A DNA stretch of 63,913 nucleotides, filler included, from Octopus bimaculoides (taxonomy: Eukaryota): the NCBI RefSeq assembly GCF_001194135.2. It is 4 parts of 4 records of this genome, joined end to end, with 100 filler letters (N's around TTAATTAATTAA, not from the genome) between each part and the next. Parts side by side here need not be neighbours in the genome. Positions count along the whole stretch, not along the records: positions 37,052 to 49,758 come from NC_068990.1; positions 49,859 to 63,913 come from NC_068999.1; 2 more parts are not named here. One strand, 5' to 3'. Under the pieces are notes generated by a model. It was not told where the DNA came from and searched no databases. It saw nothing but the letters and a program-made list of their open reading frames with translations. Below are positions 49,040-61,801 of the stretch, piece after piece. Numbering within the stretch: position 1 is the first letter of the stretch; each line of letters begins with the position of its first letter. The position numbers and the translations under genes were made by a program.

Positions 49040-49242
49040 ATAAATGAGTATATGCATATATACGTACAGGTATGTGCATACCTACGTCTACCTGTATATA
49101 TAGGTGCATATCTGGGTACAGAACATTGCAAACAAAACGTAGACAAAAAAAATAACAACCAGAGTACAGAAAACACACAGGCCACATAGAGAACATTTTC
49201 CTTCATCAGCTACCCCCATTCTGACACAGGCGTTTCGAAGAG

Positions 49243-49243
<1 letters not shown>
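49040..49243 (-). repeat. Dispersed repeat with CTTCGAAAC...CTGATGAAGG (copies also at about 51908-52115 - and 60148-60360 +)
   Basis: Shared body CTCTATGTGGC.TGTGTGTTTTCTGTACTC...GTACCCAGATATGCA...TACTCATTTA; possibly Penelope-related. Confidence 0.7.
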
Positions 49244-49273
<30 letters not shown>

Positions 49274-51404
49274 ATATCTATAATATCTAATATTGATATC
49301 TAATATCTAATATTGATATCTATAAATTTCCCATACTTAGTATATGTATAACAATACTGATGCTTTATTCAGACTAAAGAAAAAGCCCTGTTGACCTAAA
49401 TGCTTAAAGTTTTAATTCCCCAACATTATGATAGCAGTAAAAAACCTAACTTAAAATAGTGTTGCCACTCTGACCAGAGAAACCTTTATAACTATATCCA
49501 TGTATAATGCTTACAACTTTCCTTTCCTTAGAAGGGATTGCCCTTTATACTATAACCACTAGATAAGAGACAATAAAATCAGAGACAGTTAGAATTCTAC
49601 CTAAAACTAATTACTAGTCTGCTAGCCTTGGCTATGTCAAGATGGATTTTTATGTATTCTTCTTCCCACTTGGATTTTGAATGTTGCCACAATTATAATA
49701 TGTCTATTCTACTGTAATTTTTCTACATTTTTGTGCAGCTGAAGATTGTTCTACATATNNNNNNNNNNNNNNNNNNNNNNNNNNNNNNNNNNNNNNNNNN
49801 NNTTAATTAATTAANNNNNNNNNNNNNNNNNNNNNNNNNNNNNNNNNNNNNNNNNNNNCAAAATTATTACCTGAAGATGATGAGAGGAACAGATCGGCAG
49901 AATCGGTAACGCACAGGTGAAAATATCTTGTGGCATTTCGTCTCGAATAGTTATACATTCTTAGTTCAAATCCCGCTGAAGTCATCTATGCTGCTCGTCT
50001 TTCCGAGAGCTGAGTCGCTAAAACACAGACCAATAAAATATTGATTTCAAATTTTGGCACAAGGCCAGCAATTTCGGGGTGGGGTGGTGTGAGTCGGTTA
50101 CATCGAACCTCCTCCCCCAGTACACAACTGGCACTTATTTTATCGACCCCCGAAAGGATGAAAGACAAAGTCGACTTCGGCGGAATTTTAACACAAAACG
50201 TAAAGACGGACGAAATGCCACTTAGTATTTTGTCCGGCATGCTAAAAAAAGCAAAATGTTTAGTAGCATTTCGTCCGTCTTTTACGTTCTAAATTCAAAT
50301 TCCGCCAAAGTTGATTTTGCATTTCATTCTTTTGGGGTCGATCAAATATTGGTATCTATCCAATCGAATGCTTGCTGCGCATGCCTGAGCTTGTGTCTTT
50401 GTTAGAAAACATAAATAAAAGACAACAACTGAAGAAGATGCATAGCCCAGAGGTTCGGATGTTACACTCACGATCGTAAGGGCGTGGTTTCAGATCCTCG
50501 GACCACGGGCTGCGTTGAGATGTTTGAGCAAAATATTTCATTTCTCGTCGCTCCAGTCCACTGCAAACGGACTGGAGGAACTACTGATTCTGCTCACGCT
50601 ATGCAAAGCGGATAACCGGTCCTATTGTAACCTTGAACTCAAGCCAGGACTTGCATTTTAACACAGACTGAGGTAGTTTAGTTTTATTTTATTTTATCTT
50701 CTCAGGCGCAGGAGTGGCTGTGTGGTAAGTAGCTTGCTTACGAACCACATGATTCTAGGTTCAGTCCCACTGCGTGGCATCTTGGGCAAGTGTCTTCTAC
50801 TATAGCCTCGGGTCAACCAAAGCCTTGTGAGTGGATTTGGTAGACGGAAACTGAAAGAAGCCTGTCGTATATATGTATATGTATATATATATGTGTGTGT
50901 TTGTGTGTCTGTGTTTGCCCCCCACCCCACCCCCACCGACATCGCTTGACAACCGATGCTGGTGTTTTTACGTCCCCGTAACTTAGTGGCACGGCAAAAG
51001 ACACCGATAGAATAAGTAGTAGGTTCACAAAGAATAAGTCCTGGGGTCGATTTGCTCGACTAAAGGTGGTGCTCCAGCATGGCCACAGTCAAATGACTGA
51101 AACAAGTAAAAGAGTAAAAGAGTAAATAAACAAAATGAATGTTAATGCCAGTGATATTTTCGTATAGGTCTGCTGTTACATATTTCACGGCATGCTATAA
51201 CATTGCTCGTTATAGAAGTTAAGTACCCCGTGCTATGAAAGATGGATCGTACCTCTTGTAGTTTGTTATTAACAGCGAAACTAAAACAAAACAATCAAAC
51301 AATCGCCTCAAAGAACAACGGAATAATAAGTAAATTATTATATATATATATATAAATTTGTTTTTTGTCAAAACTCACGGGATGGCGGAAAGGTTATAAC
51401 TATA

Positions 51405-51438
<34 letters not shown>

Positions 51439-52678
51439 NNNNNNNNNNNNNNNNNNNNNNNNNNNNNNNNNNNNNNNNNNNNNNNNNNNNNNNNNNNNNN
51501 NNNNNNNNNNNNNNNNNNNNNNNNNNNNNNNNNNNNNNNNNNNNNNNNNNNNNNNNNNNNNNNNNNNNNNNNNNNNNNNNNNNNNNNNNNNNNNNNNNNN
51601 NNNNNNNNNNNNNNNNNNNNNNNNNNNNNNNNNNNNNNNNNNNNNNNNNNNNNNNNNNNNNNNNNNNNNNNNNNNNNNNNNNNNNNNNNNNNNNNNNNNN
51701 NNNNNNNNNNNNNNNNNNNNNNNNNNNNNNNNNNNNNNNNNNNNNNNNNNNNNNNNNNNNNNNNNNNNNNNNNNNNNNNNNNNNNNNNNNNNNNNNNNNN
51801 NNNNNNNNNNNNNNNNNNNNNNNNNNNNNNNNNNNNNNNNNNNNNNNNNNNNNNNNNNNNNNNNNNNNNNNNNNNNNNNNNNNNNNNNNNNNNNNNNNNN
51901 NNNNATAATACAAATAGTAAATGAGTATATGCATATATACGTACATGTATGTACATACCTACATCTACACGTATATATAGATGCATATCTGGGTACAGGA
52001 CGTTGCAAAAAAACGTGGACAAAATGATAAACAGAGTACAGAAAACACACTTGCCACATAGAGAACATTTCCTTCATCACCTTCCACCATTCTAAAACTA
52101 AGCGTTTCGAAGAGTTAGGGCAGGATGCATCGTTAGAATGGCTCTTCCCACGGACCACAAATTAAATTTGTACCATGGAGGAATGTAGTGGCGGACAGAA
52201 AACCAGACGGGAAACGAAACAGTGAAAACAAACAAAAAGGGCCAAACGGCCAGACGTGAAAAAATATGTGTATATTGAACGATGTGAAGCAACGAACTGG
52301 AAGGAAGCGGGACGAAGAATGTTCGTGTGCGTGCTTGGCGATAGCCAAGATAAGAAACGAATTAGTTACTGGTATATGAAGGGAGAGATGACTTTCTAAA
52401 GAGAGGTAGCTCTAGTGAACATAGCCATTCGACAAAATAATTCTCAAGTTATAAATGAGATAAAGGAAAAAAGAGTTGTGTCCAAAGTACTGCGGAACAG
52501 CGGAAAAAGAACATTAATGGCCTCCAAAACTGCACAAGTTTCAGGGACTTAGTGAAAATCATGAAATGCAGCATTTTCCTATAAAACTTACGTAAATATT
52601 TAAAAGAAATCGAGAGAGGGAGAGAAACGTGGGATTGAAACCCGGGCAAGCGTTTATGGAATGAAATCGTTAACGACA

Positions 52679-52718
52679 TGGCCATCAGGTGGCGTTACGG
52701 AATGGATGACTTCCTGTC
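52679..52718 (+). promoter_or_regulatory. CTCF-like motif followed by an ETS-like motif
   Basis: TGGCCATCAGGTGGCGTTA is close to the CTCF consensus TGGCCAC/GYAGRKGGCRSTA; ACTTCCTGTC at 52709-52718. Motif match only. Confidence 0.35.
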
Positions 52719-53141
52719 CGATTTTTAAAATAAACCTTACACCCCCTCCACCCTCTTTGCATTAATTATTTCTTTCTAGCAGGTGTATATTAGCAATTAA
52801 TTAAACAGTAAACACACACACAAACACACACACGCACATACACGCATACATACTCACAAACACACACACACACACACACATAGATACAATACATGCAATT
52901 GCACGTTCACGCACATGCGTTCGCATATCCATAAGCATACACGCACAGTATGTATGTCCACACACACACATACACACACACACACACGTGTGTGTGTGAG
53001 TATTTTATTATTGCATCGTTACATCCTTACATTCACATAACCATAGACACATACACACAAATACGAATACACATACACACACATGCAATATCTGCAGTTG
53101 CATGTTCACACACACACACATTCATGCATTAATACCTTCAT

Positions 53142-53183
<42 letters not shown>

Positions 53184-53349
53184 ACATACATATAGAAACA
53201 CACTAACACACTAACATACACNNNNNNNNNNNNNNNNNNNNNNNNNNNNNNNNNNNNNNNNNNNNNNNNNNNNNNNNNNNNNNNNNNNNNNNNNNNNNNN
53301 NNNNNNNNNNNNNNNNNNNNNNNNNNNNNNNNNNNNNNNNNNNNNNNNN

Positions 53350-53408
<59 letters not shown>

Positions 53409-54539
53409 TCATACATCCAAAATATTGTTAATTAAACAACAGCAGTAATTAGTTAAACTTTTACTATCAACAAACCAATCCGCCTCTAGGTGAATAGTGG
53501 AGGGGCTAGAAACAGCAGCCATATTTCACACGAATCACATCTTCACGTCCTGAGTATCTTACACATAAGAAATATACAGAACGGCCATGGCTGGAACGCT
53601 GAAGATCATAGATCTTTTCGGTCAAGCATGACTAAAAGGGCTGGACTAAATGCTTGGCAGTATTTTTATTTAGTTTTTTTTCCGTGCAGCTCTTTACGTT
53701 CCGAGTTCAAATTCCACCGAGGTTGACGTTGCCTTTCGTCACTTTCCGGGTCGGCAAAATAAAGCGTCGGTTGAGTTCTGGGGTCCCCTCAAATTTCAGC
53801 CCCTTCCCGTCAAATTTCAGGCCTCGTTCTTAGTAGAAAGGTCTACTACAACAACAACTACTACTACTACTACTACTACTGCTACTGCTGCTGCTGCAAG
53901 CATTTAACCCGCCACGCAGTCCTTAGTTCTGCTAGTAATAGGAACCAAATTCCCTGAAACTACCCCCTAAAGTCTGAAAAGAAGGACAGCATATCGTGTG
54001 CAAAACAAAATGGAGTGGTCATGCGTGGAATGCTTATGATGATTGCTCTGCTCGATTGGGCTTGAGTTGGTGCAAAACAACATCACCGCACCAACTGATC
54101 TACAAAGGGGCCCTTAGGCTTTTGCACTTAATTTGTTTGAAATAGCGGCCAAACAACTCTTAAAAGGAAACAAGAATGTTGTTCTATATACACTGTCTGT
54201 AAAACAGAGGTGCCGATCATGGCTGGGACACATTCCATCATAGTTTTACTCGTCAGGCCAGGCCTTGGGCTAAACTTCAATAGCCCCTCTCCCGACTGAG
54301 CAACCAATTTTCGCTCAAGTCACTCCCCACCGCCGTCTTGACAAGTAAAAAGCCTCTTAGGATAATCTCTTTGTTGTACATAGAAGAAAATTGCAGGATA
54401 GCCACGTTTGGAAAGCCTTTCATATATCAGCTCGACAAGAACAATGACAATAATTTGAATATAGTTATTCCGAGCCAGCGCCGATGGGACATTAAATACT
54501 CGCTCAAGGCGGCAGCCTGGCAGAAACGACCACACGCCG

Positions 54540-55010
54540 AGGACGGCGCGCTGGCAGAAACGTTAGCACGCCGGGTGAAATGCTTAGCGATATTTNNNNN
54601 NNNNNGAAACGTTAGCACGCCGGGTGAAATGCTTAGCGATATTTTGTCTGTCTTTAAGTTCTGAGTTCAAATTCCACCGTGGTCGACTTTGCCTTTTATC
54701 CTTTCTGGGTCGATAAATTAAGTACCAATTACGCACTGGGGGTCGATATAATCGACTTAATCCGTTTGTCTGTTCTTGTTTGTCCCCTCTATGTTTAGCC
54801 CCTCTATGTGGGCAATAAAGAAATAAGAAACGTCCATACGCCGAGTGAAATGCTTAGCGGTATTTTGTCTGTCTTTAAGTTTTGAATTCAAATTCCGCCG
54901 AGGTCTACTTTGCCTTTTATCCTTTCTGGGTCGATAAATTAAGTACCAGTAGCGTACTGGGGTCGATCTAATTGACTGGCCCCCTTCCCCCAAATTTTTC
55001 GGGCCATGTG
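54540..55010 (+). mobile_element. Two tandem family C SINEs
   Basis: The second copy begins directly after the AATAAAGAAATAAGAAAC tail of the first (about 54830). Confidence 0.8.
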
Positions 55011-55872
55011 CCTAGAGTAGAAATTAATTGCTCGCTCGACATAGTTAGATCTTCCTCGAATCAAACCAACAAATCTGTCACGGGGAGAAAACAAACTGAC
55101 GTCCGACAAAATATGTGGTCCTGCAATCCTAGCCTATTATAAGAAGGGGGAATAACCGGTGCTACTTTAACAGCATTATACCCCTAACCCCGAGCCAAAT
55201 CAATGAACAGGGCCCTATAGCAAAGCACAATACAAGTAGATCAAAATTGGACCCGTACACCCTGTAAGGGCCCCATCCTTTCTCAGATAACAACTCAGTG
55301 TGCCTATGCCTGAAGAAAGCACAGGGGACAACCATTGTAGGAATGACTTCAATTAGACGGTCTTACAGGATCAGTGCAGACCTGGGGCTAAACAACAGTT
55401 GAATTTGTTGTCTATTGTCTGCTAAGCAGCAAGTTTAGTAAATGAGATAAGTACGGTTACGTTAGGAGGAAGGGGAGGAGGAGGAGGAGCAATTAGGCTA
55501 ATCTCACCCGCCTTTCACTCTCACAACACTCACTATCTCTCACACACTCTCTCTCTCTCTCTCACACACACACTCTCTCTCTCACACACACACACTCTCT
55601 CTCTCACCCGTTTTCTTTCTTGTCAAGCCAACCCATTAAGTAGGTCTTTTGTTGCTCTCTATTATCTCAATGACTCATAACGTCTTTTTCCTTCTTTTTT
55701 TGCTTTCTTTCTTTCTTTTTTTTTTTTTTTACCTGATCCAAAACCCGACCGATGACTTCATCGTACATATTAACAGGTGAATGCGTCTCTCTCTCTGTAC
55801 ATCTCTCCTCTCCCTCACACCCATTCGCCTCCTTTCTCTCTTTCTTTCTCCTTCTCCCTTCTCTCTTACTGT

Positions 55873-55905
<33 letters not shown>

Positions 55906-55953
55906 GCATACATATCTTTTCCTCTATTTTTCTCTCAAATGCACATACATGCA

Positions 55954-56001
<48 letters not shown>

Positions 56002-56246
56002 NNNNNNNNNNNNNNNNNNNNNNNNNNNNNNNNNNNNNNNNNNNNNNNNNNNNNNNNNNNNNNNNNNNNNNNNNNNNNNNNNNNNNNNNNNNNNNNNNNN
56101 NNNNNNNNNNNNNNNNNNNNNNNNNNNNNNNNNNNNNNNNNNNNNNNNNNNNNNNNNNNNNNNNNNNNNNNNNNNNNNNNNNNNNNNNNNNNNNNNNNNN
56201 NNNNNNNNNNNNNNNNNNNNNNNNNNNNNNNNNNNNNNNNNNNNNN

Positions 56247-56298
<52 letters not shown>

Positions 56299-57787
56299 AC
56301 ACATACACATACACACACATACACACAAACGCATATGCATATGCATACACACACACATTCACACTTGCATGCATACGGAGTTGGTGGGTTGACAGAACCG
56401 TTGGCGCGTTGGGTAAATTGCCCTGCGGTTAATTTCGATACGGTGCTTTACGCACTGAGTTCGAATCCCGATATGGTGAACTAAATCTTTTATTCTGGAA
56501 GATCGATAAAATAAGGAACCAAACAAATATTACAATCGATTTGAATTTTAATAATGCCCAATGCATTTCAGGATCAAATTATAAGTGTGTGTGTGTGTGT
56601 ATGTGTGTGTGTGTGTGTGTGAGGGAGGGATTGAGATTGTGTGGTGGGTGGAGCGTAAATACAATGAACATAAAAAGATAATACATGAGAGACGAAGTTT
56701 AACAAACATGGTATTAGTTCAACGCTTTAATGGCTCGAGAAAATATTTTTTTACGTTTCGGGCGTTACTTCTTCATCACAAAAAAAGAGAAAAACATAGA
56801 CGAAGGAAGAAAAATAGTGTGTGAGGGGGAGACACAGATAAAGAAAATGAGACAGAGTTGAAAACGANNNNNNNNNNNNNNNNNNNNNNNNNNNNNNNNN
56901 NNNNNNNNNNNNNNNNNNNNNNNNNNNNNNNNNNNNNNNNNNNNNNNNNNNNNNNNNNNNNNNNNNNNNNNNNNNNNNNNNNNNNNNNNNNNNNNNNNNN
57001 NNNNNNNNNNNNNNNNNNNNNNNNNNNNNNNNNNNNNNNNNNNNNNNNNNNNNNNNNNNNNNNNNNNNNNNNNNNNNNNNNNNNNNNNNNNNNNNNNNNN
57101 NNNNNNNNNNNNNNNNNNNNNNNNNNNNNNNNNNNNNNNNNNNNNNNNNNNNNNNNNNNNNNNNNNNNNNNNNNNNNNNNNNNNNNNNNNNNNNNNNNNN
57201 NNNNNNNNNNNNNNNNNNNNNNNNNNNNNNNNNNNNNNNNNNNNNNNNNNNNNNNNNNNNNNNNNNNNNNNNNNNNNNNNNNNNNNNNNNNNNNNNNNNN
57301 NNNNNNNNNNATTAATATGTTTGTGAAAACTTGTCCCTATTGTGATGCCTTTCATATGCTGTGTTCATTGCCTCCATTACACATGCTCGCACCCCAGGCG
57401 AGACTTTTGGGCCTGTCGTAGACAATATGTGTTTCTTGTGGGTCCGGGGGCGACAAACGGAAGGGCTACGCTAGTGTTTAAAACCGATATTTCTACCCGC
57501 AATACACCCTTAGACACATTACCATTTACATGTACCCCAGTATCAACATCTCCATCCGCAGGTACCCCACAAACAATATTCTTTTTTCGCCTTCCTCTGG
57601 AGGTTCACCCAAGACAACGTTTGAATCCATAACTGAGAAGTCAGCGGAACACTCGTCAGGTATTCAATGCTCATCTGCAGCTCAAATTTACCAAAGTTAC
57701 TTCTTTGTTCTTCAAGAGCAACACTGGACATCCAGCAGCAACATCAGCAACGCTTGTAATAGTTGTTATTATTATTGTTGTTGTTGT

Positions 57788-57854
<67 letters not shown>

Positions 57855-58259
57855 CTAGAGCAGCGGCAGCGATGGGGCGCTGGCACCTTTCGCATTGTTT
57901 CCGCTAATTAATTTGCAGCCCGAACAAGTTTACAAAAATAATTCTGAATAATTAATGAAAAGATCCTGGAAGAAAGATTCGTTAGGCTGTCAATTATTTT
58001 CCATATATGGTATGGTGCTTGTTGGACAGACAGGCTCGTTAAAGACAAACATTTCCTTAGGAATTGGCAATGACATCGATTTAATTAAATTTTAATTAAA
58101 CAATTTTTTGCCTTTATTTTCTTCTTTTCCCTTTCGTAAATTCAAACTTTGCTTCTGTGTGCTTGTATGTTTATATAAATGTTTGTGTGTACATGTTTGT
58201 TTGTTTGTTTGTTTGTGTGAGTATATATACATACATACATATATATATTTATATATATG

Positions 58260-59319
58260 TATATATATATATATATATATNNNNNNNNNNNNNNNNNNNN
58301 NNNNNNNNNNNNNNNNNNNNNNNNNNNNNNNNNNNNNNNNNNNNNNNNNNNNNNNNNNNNNNNNNNNNNNNNNNNNNNNNNNNNNNNNNNNNNNNNNNNN
58401 NNNNNNNNNNNNNNNNNNNNNNNNNNNNNNNNNNNNNNNNNNNNNNNNNNNNNNNNNNNNNNNNNNNNNNNNNNNNNNNNNNNNNNNNNNNNNNNNNNNN
58501 NNNNNNNNNNNNNNNNNNNNNNNNNNNNNNNNNNNNNNNNNNNNNNNNNNNNNNNNNNNNNNNNNNNNNNNNNNNNNNNNNNNNNNNNNNNNNNNNNNNN
58601 NNNNNNNNNNNNNNNNNNNNNNNNNNNNNNNNNNNNNNNNNNNNNNNNNNNNNNNNNNNNNNNNNNNNNNNNNNNNNNNNNNNNNNNNNNNNNNNNNNNN
58701 NNNNNNNNNNNNNNNNNNNNNNNNNNNNNNNNNNNNNNNNNNNNNNNNNNNNNNNNNNNNNNNNNNNNNNNNNNNNNNNNNNNNNNNNNNNNNNNNNNNN
58801 NNNNNNNNNNNNNNNNNNNNNNNNNNNNNNNNNCACTGAAACAAATAAAAGAGTAAAAAAGTAAAAGAGAGAGCCAAACACAGTTTATCTTTTATGGTGA
58901 AGGTTTCACTGAAAGTGACTCTCTCATCTGATGCTGTGTTGCGATGCATAGATGCCAGGGTTATTAGCATGTTGGGTAGAGCAGAGCTCTTTCCAGTCGG
59001 TGTTTTAGTTCTGTACGTTCTGAGTTCAAATCTTGCCCCGAGCAACTTTGCCTTTTTTTTTTCTTTCGGGATTCAATAGATGAGATACCAGTCATATACT
59101 GTGGGTCGATACTTTATTTTTTTCTCTCTCACTCACTTACTCATTTACCTACCATTACCATCATCATCATCATCCTGAAGACAACGATGGCGGACAAAAA
59201 CGATAATGATGATGAGTATGATAATGGTGATGATGATGGTGATGGTGATGGTAGTGGTGATGGTGATAGTAGTGGTGATGGTGGAGTGGTGGCAGTGGTG
59301 ATAGTAATCGTGAAGACAG

Positions 59320-59356
<37 letters not shown>

Positions 59357-59756
59357 AATGGTGGTGGTGGTGGTGGTGGTGGTGGTGGTGGTGAGAGTGA
59401 TGGTGGTGGTGNNNNNNNNNNNNNNNNNNNNNNNNNNNNNNNNNNNNNNNNNNNNNNNNNNNNNNNNNNNNNNNNNNNNNNNNNNNNNNNNNNNNNNNNN
59501 NNNNNNNNNNNNNNNNNNNNNNNNNNNNNNNNNNNNNNNNNNNNNNNNNNNNNNNNNNNNNNNNNNNNNNNNNNNNNNNNNNNNNNNNNNNNNNNNNNNN
59601 NNNNNNNNNNNNNNNNNNNNNNNNNNNNNNNNNNNNNNNNNNNNNNNNNNNNNNNNNNNNNNNNNNNNNNNNNNNNNNNNNNNNNNNNNNNNNNNNNNNN
59701 NNNNNNNNNNNNNNNNNNNNNNNNNNNNNNNNNNNNNNNNNNNNNNNNNNNNNNNN

Positions 59757-59804
<48 letters not shown>

Positions 59805-61740
59805 ATAGTGGTGGTGGTGGTGGTGGTGGTCGTCGTCGTCGTCGTCGTCGTCGTCGTGAGAAAAAATGAATGAATGAATAAAATTTAGACGAAACAGTCA
59901 CGTGTTTTGTATATATAGCATGTGGGAATGGATGTGTGTGTGTGGGGAAAGTGTAGGAGTGGCTGTGCGGGGAGAAATTTGCTTCCTAACCACAAGGCTA
60001 TGGGTCCAGTCCCACTCGTGGCACCCTGGGCAAATGTCTTCTACTATACCCTCGGGCCGACTAAAGCCTTGCGAGTGGATTTGGTAGACGCAAACTGAAA
60101 GAAGCCCGTCGTAAATATATACATATATATATGTATGTATGCCTAACTCTTCGAAACGCCGGTGTTAAAACGGGGGTAGCTGATGAAGGAAAATGATCTC
60201 TATGTGGCTTGTGTGTTTTCTGTACTCTGGTTATTATTATTTTCTTGTCTACGTTTTGTTTGCAATCTCCTGTACCCAGATATGCACCCATATATACAGG
60301 TAGACGTAGGTATGCACATACCTGTACGTATATATGCATGTACTCATTTATTATTTGTTTATATATNNNNNNNNNNNNNNNNNNNNNNNNNNNNNNNNNN
60401 NNNNNNNNNNNNNNNNNNNNNNNNNNNNNNNNNNNNNNNNNNNNNNNNNNNNNNNNNNNNNNNNNNNNNNNNNNNNNNNNNNNNNNNNNNNNNNNNNNNN
60501 NNNNNNNNNNNNNNNNNNNNNNNNNNNNNNNNNNNNNNNNNNNNNNNNNNNNNNNNNNNNNNNNNNNNNNNNNNNNNNNNNNNNNNNNNNNNNNNNNNNN
60601 NNNNNNNNNNNNNNNNNNNACCACTTGACAACCGGTGCTGGTGCGGTTATGTCTCTGTAACATAGTGGTTCGGCAAAAGTGACCAATGGAATAAGGACTA
60701 GGATTTTAAAGAGTACCGGGGTTAATTCATTTGATTACAAACATCACCTTTTTTTTCTGTCTTGACCGCATTGTTTACATAGGCGTATTTGCATACAAAT
60801 AACTTTCAGCGTTGGCTCTGAATTCTATAGAAAATCTATAAAGAAAAGAAGACTACAAATATCAGTATTAAGAGGTAAAATTCATGTCCCTTTTTCGTTT
60901 TTTTATGGGTAAATTTTATGATTTGGTGACCATTGATCAGTGTGTGTGTGTGTGTGTGTCGATATGCAAGGGCGACGAGCTGGCACAATCGTTAACACGT
61001 CAGCCAAAATGTTTCGCAACAATTCTTGCTCTTTACTATCTGAGTTCAAATCCCGCCGAGGGCGTCTTCACCCTTCATTATTTTAGGGTCGATAAAATAA
61101 GTACCACTTGAGCACTGTGGTCGATGTAATCGGTTTGCATCTTCTCCTAGAATCTCTGGCATTGTGCTAGAATTAAGAAGAATATTATGTATAACACAAG
61201 TGTATGTGGTCGATGGTCAAGAATATGCGTGTGTTGTGCAATATTACGCAAGAATGATCAAAGCCAGTGAAGAAAAAAATAATAAAATTGTCAGATAGGT
61301 CAGCGAAAAAGATTACGACAGAATACGACAGTGTCTTTCACCTGCTATATTATGTAATGCTATTGTACGCCATCATAAAATCTCGGAGAAGAAAAATGGC
61401 CGAGAAGTGAAGAAATTAATAGGAGATGGTAAAAGGAAATTTAGATTTACAGCTTGCAAATGGCAAAAACAAAACGAAACAAAGGGAAAATGTAAACCAT
61501 TAGTCGAGTATGGAGGTAGCGTCAAAGCAGCCAGTCAAGTCACACGTCTTGTATGAGAATAACCTCTTAGAATACGCTGGAAGAGAAGGAAATGTGTGAT
61601 AAAAGAGAATTTGTTAGTAAAAGAAGGGTTGCAAAGAAAGAGAGAAAGCAAGAAGAGATAGAGAGACGCCAACATACATACATACAAGCATATATATATA
61701 TATATATATGTGTGTGTGTATATGTGTGTGTGTGCGTGTG

Positions 61741-61801
<61 letters not shown>

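Noticed and set aside
54556-54642. Apparent tandem duplication around an 11-N gap (also 63178-63510 and the copies at 35423-35812)
   Set aside because: Near-identical sequence on both sides of a gap is typical of overlapping contig ends.
57560-57680. In-frame TGA in DEH*IPDECSADFSVMDSNVVLGEPPEEGEKR (- strand) as possible selenocysteine
   Set aside because: No recognised selenoprotein motif, no identifiable SECIS, and the frame closes soon after.
61340-61400. - strand 40-nt segment with good acceptor and CAG|GTGAAA donor
   Set aside because: Stops in all three frames; no supporting context.
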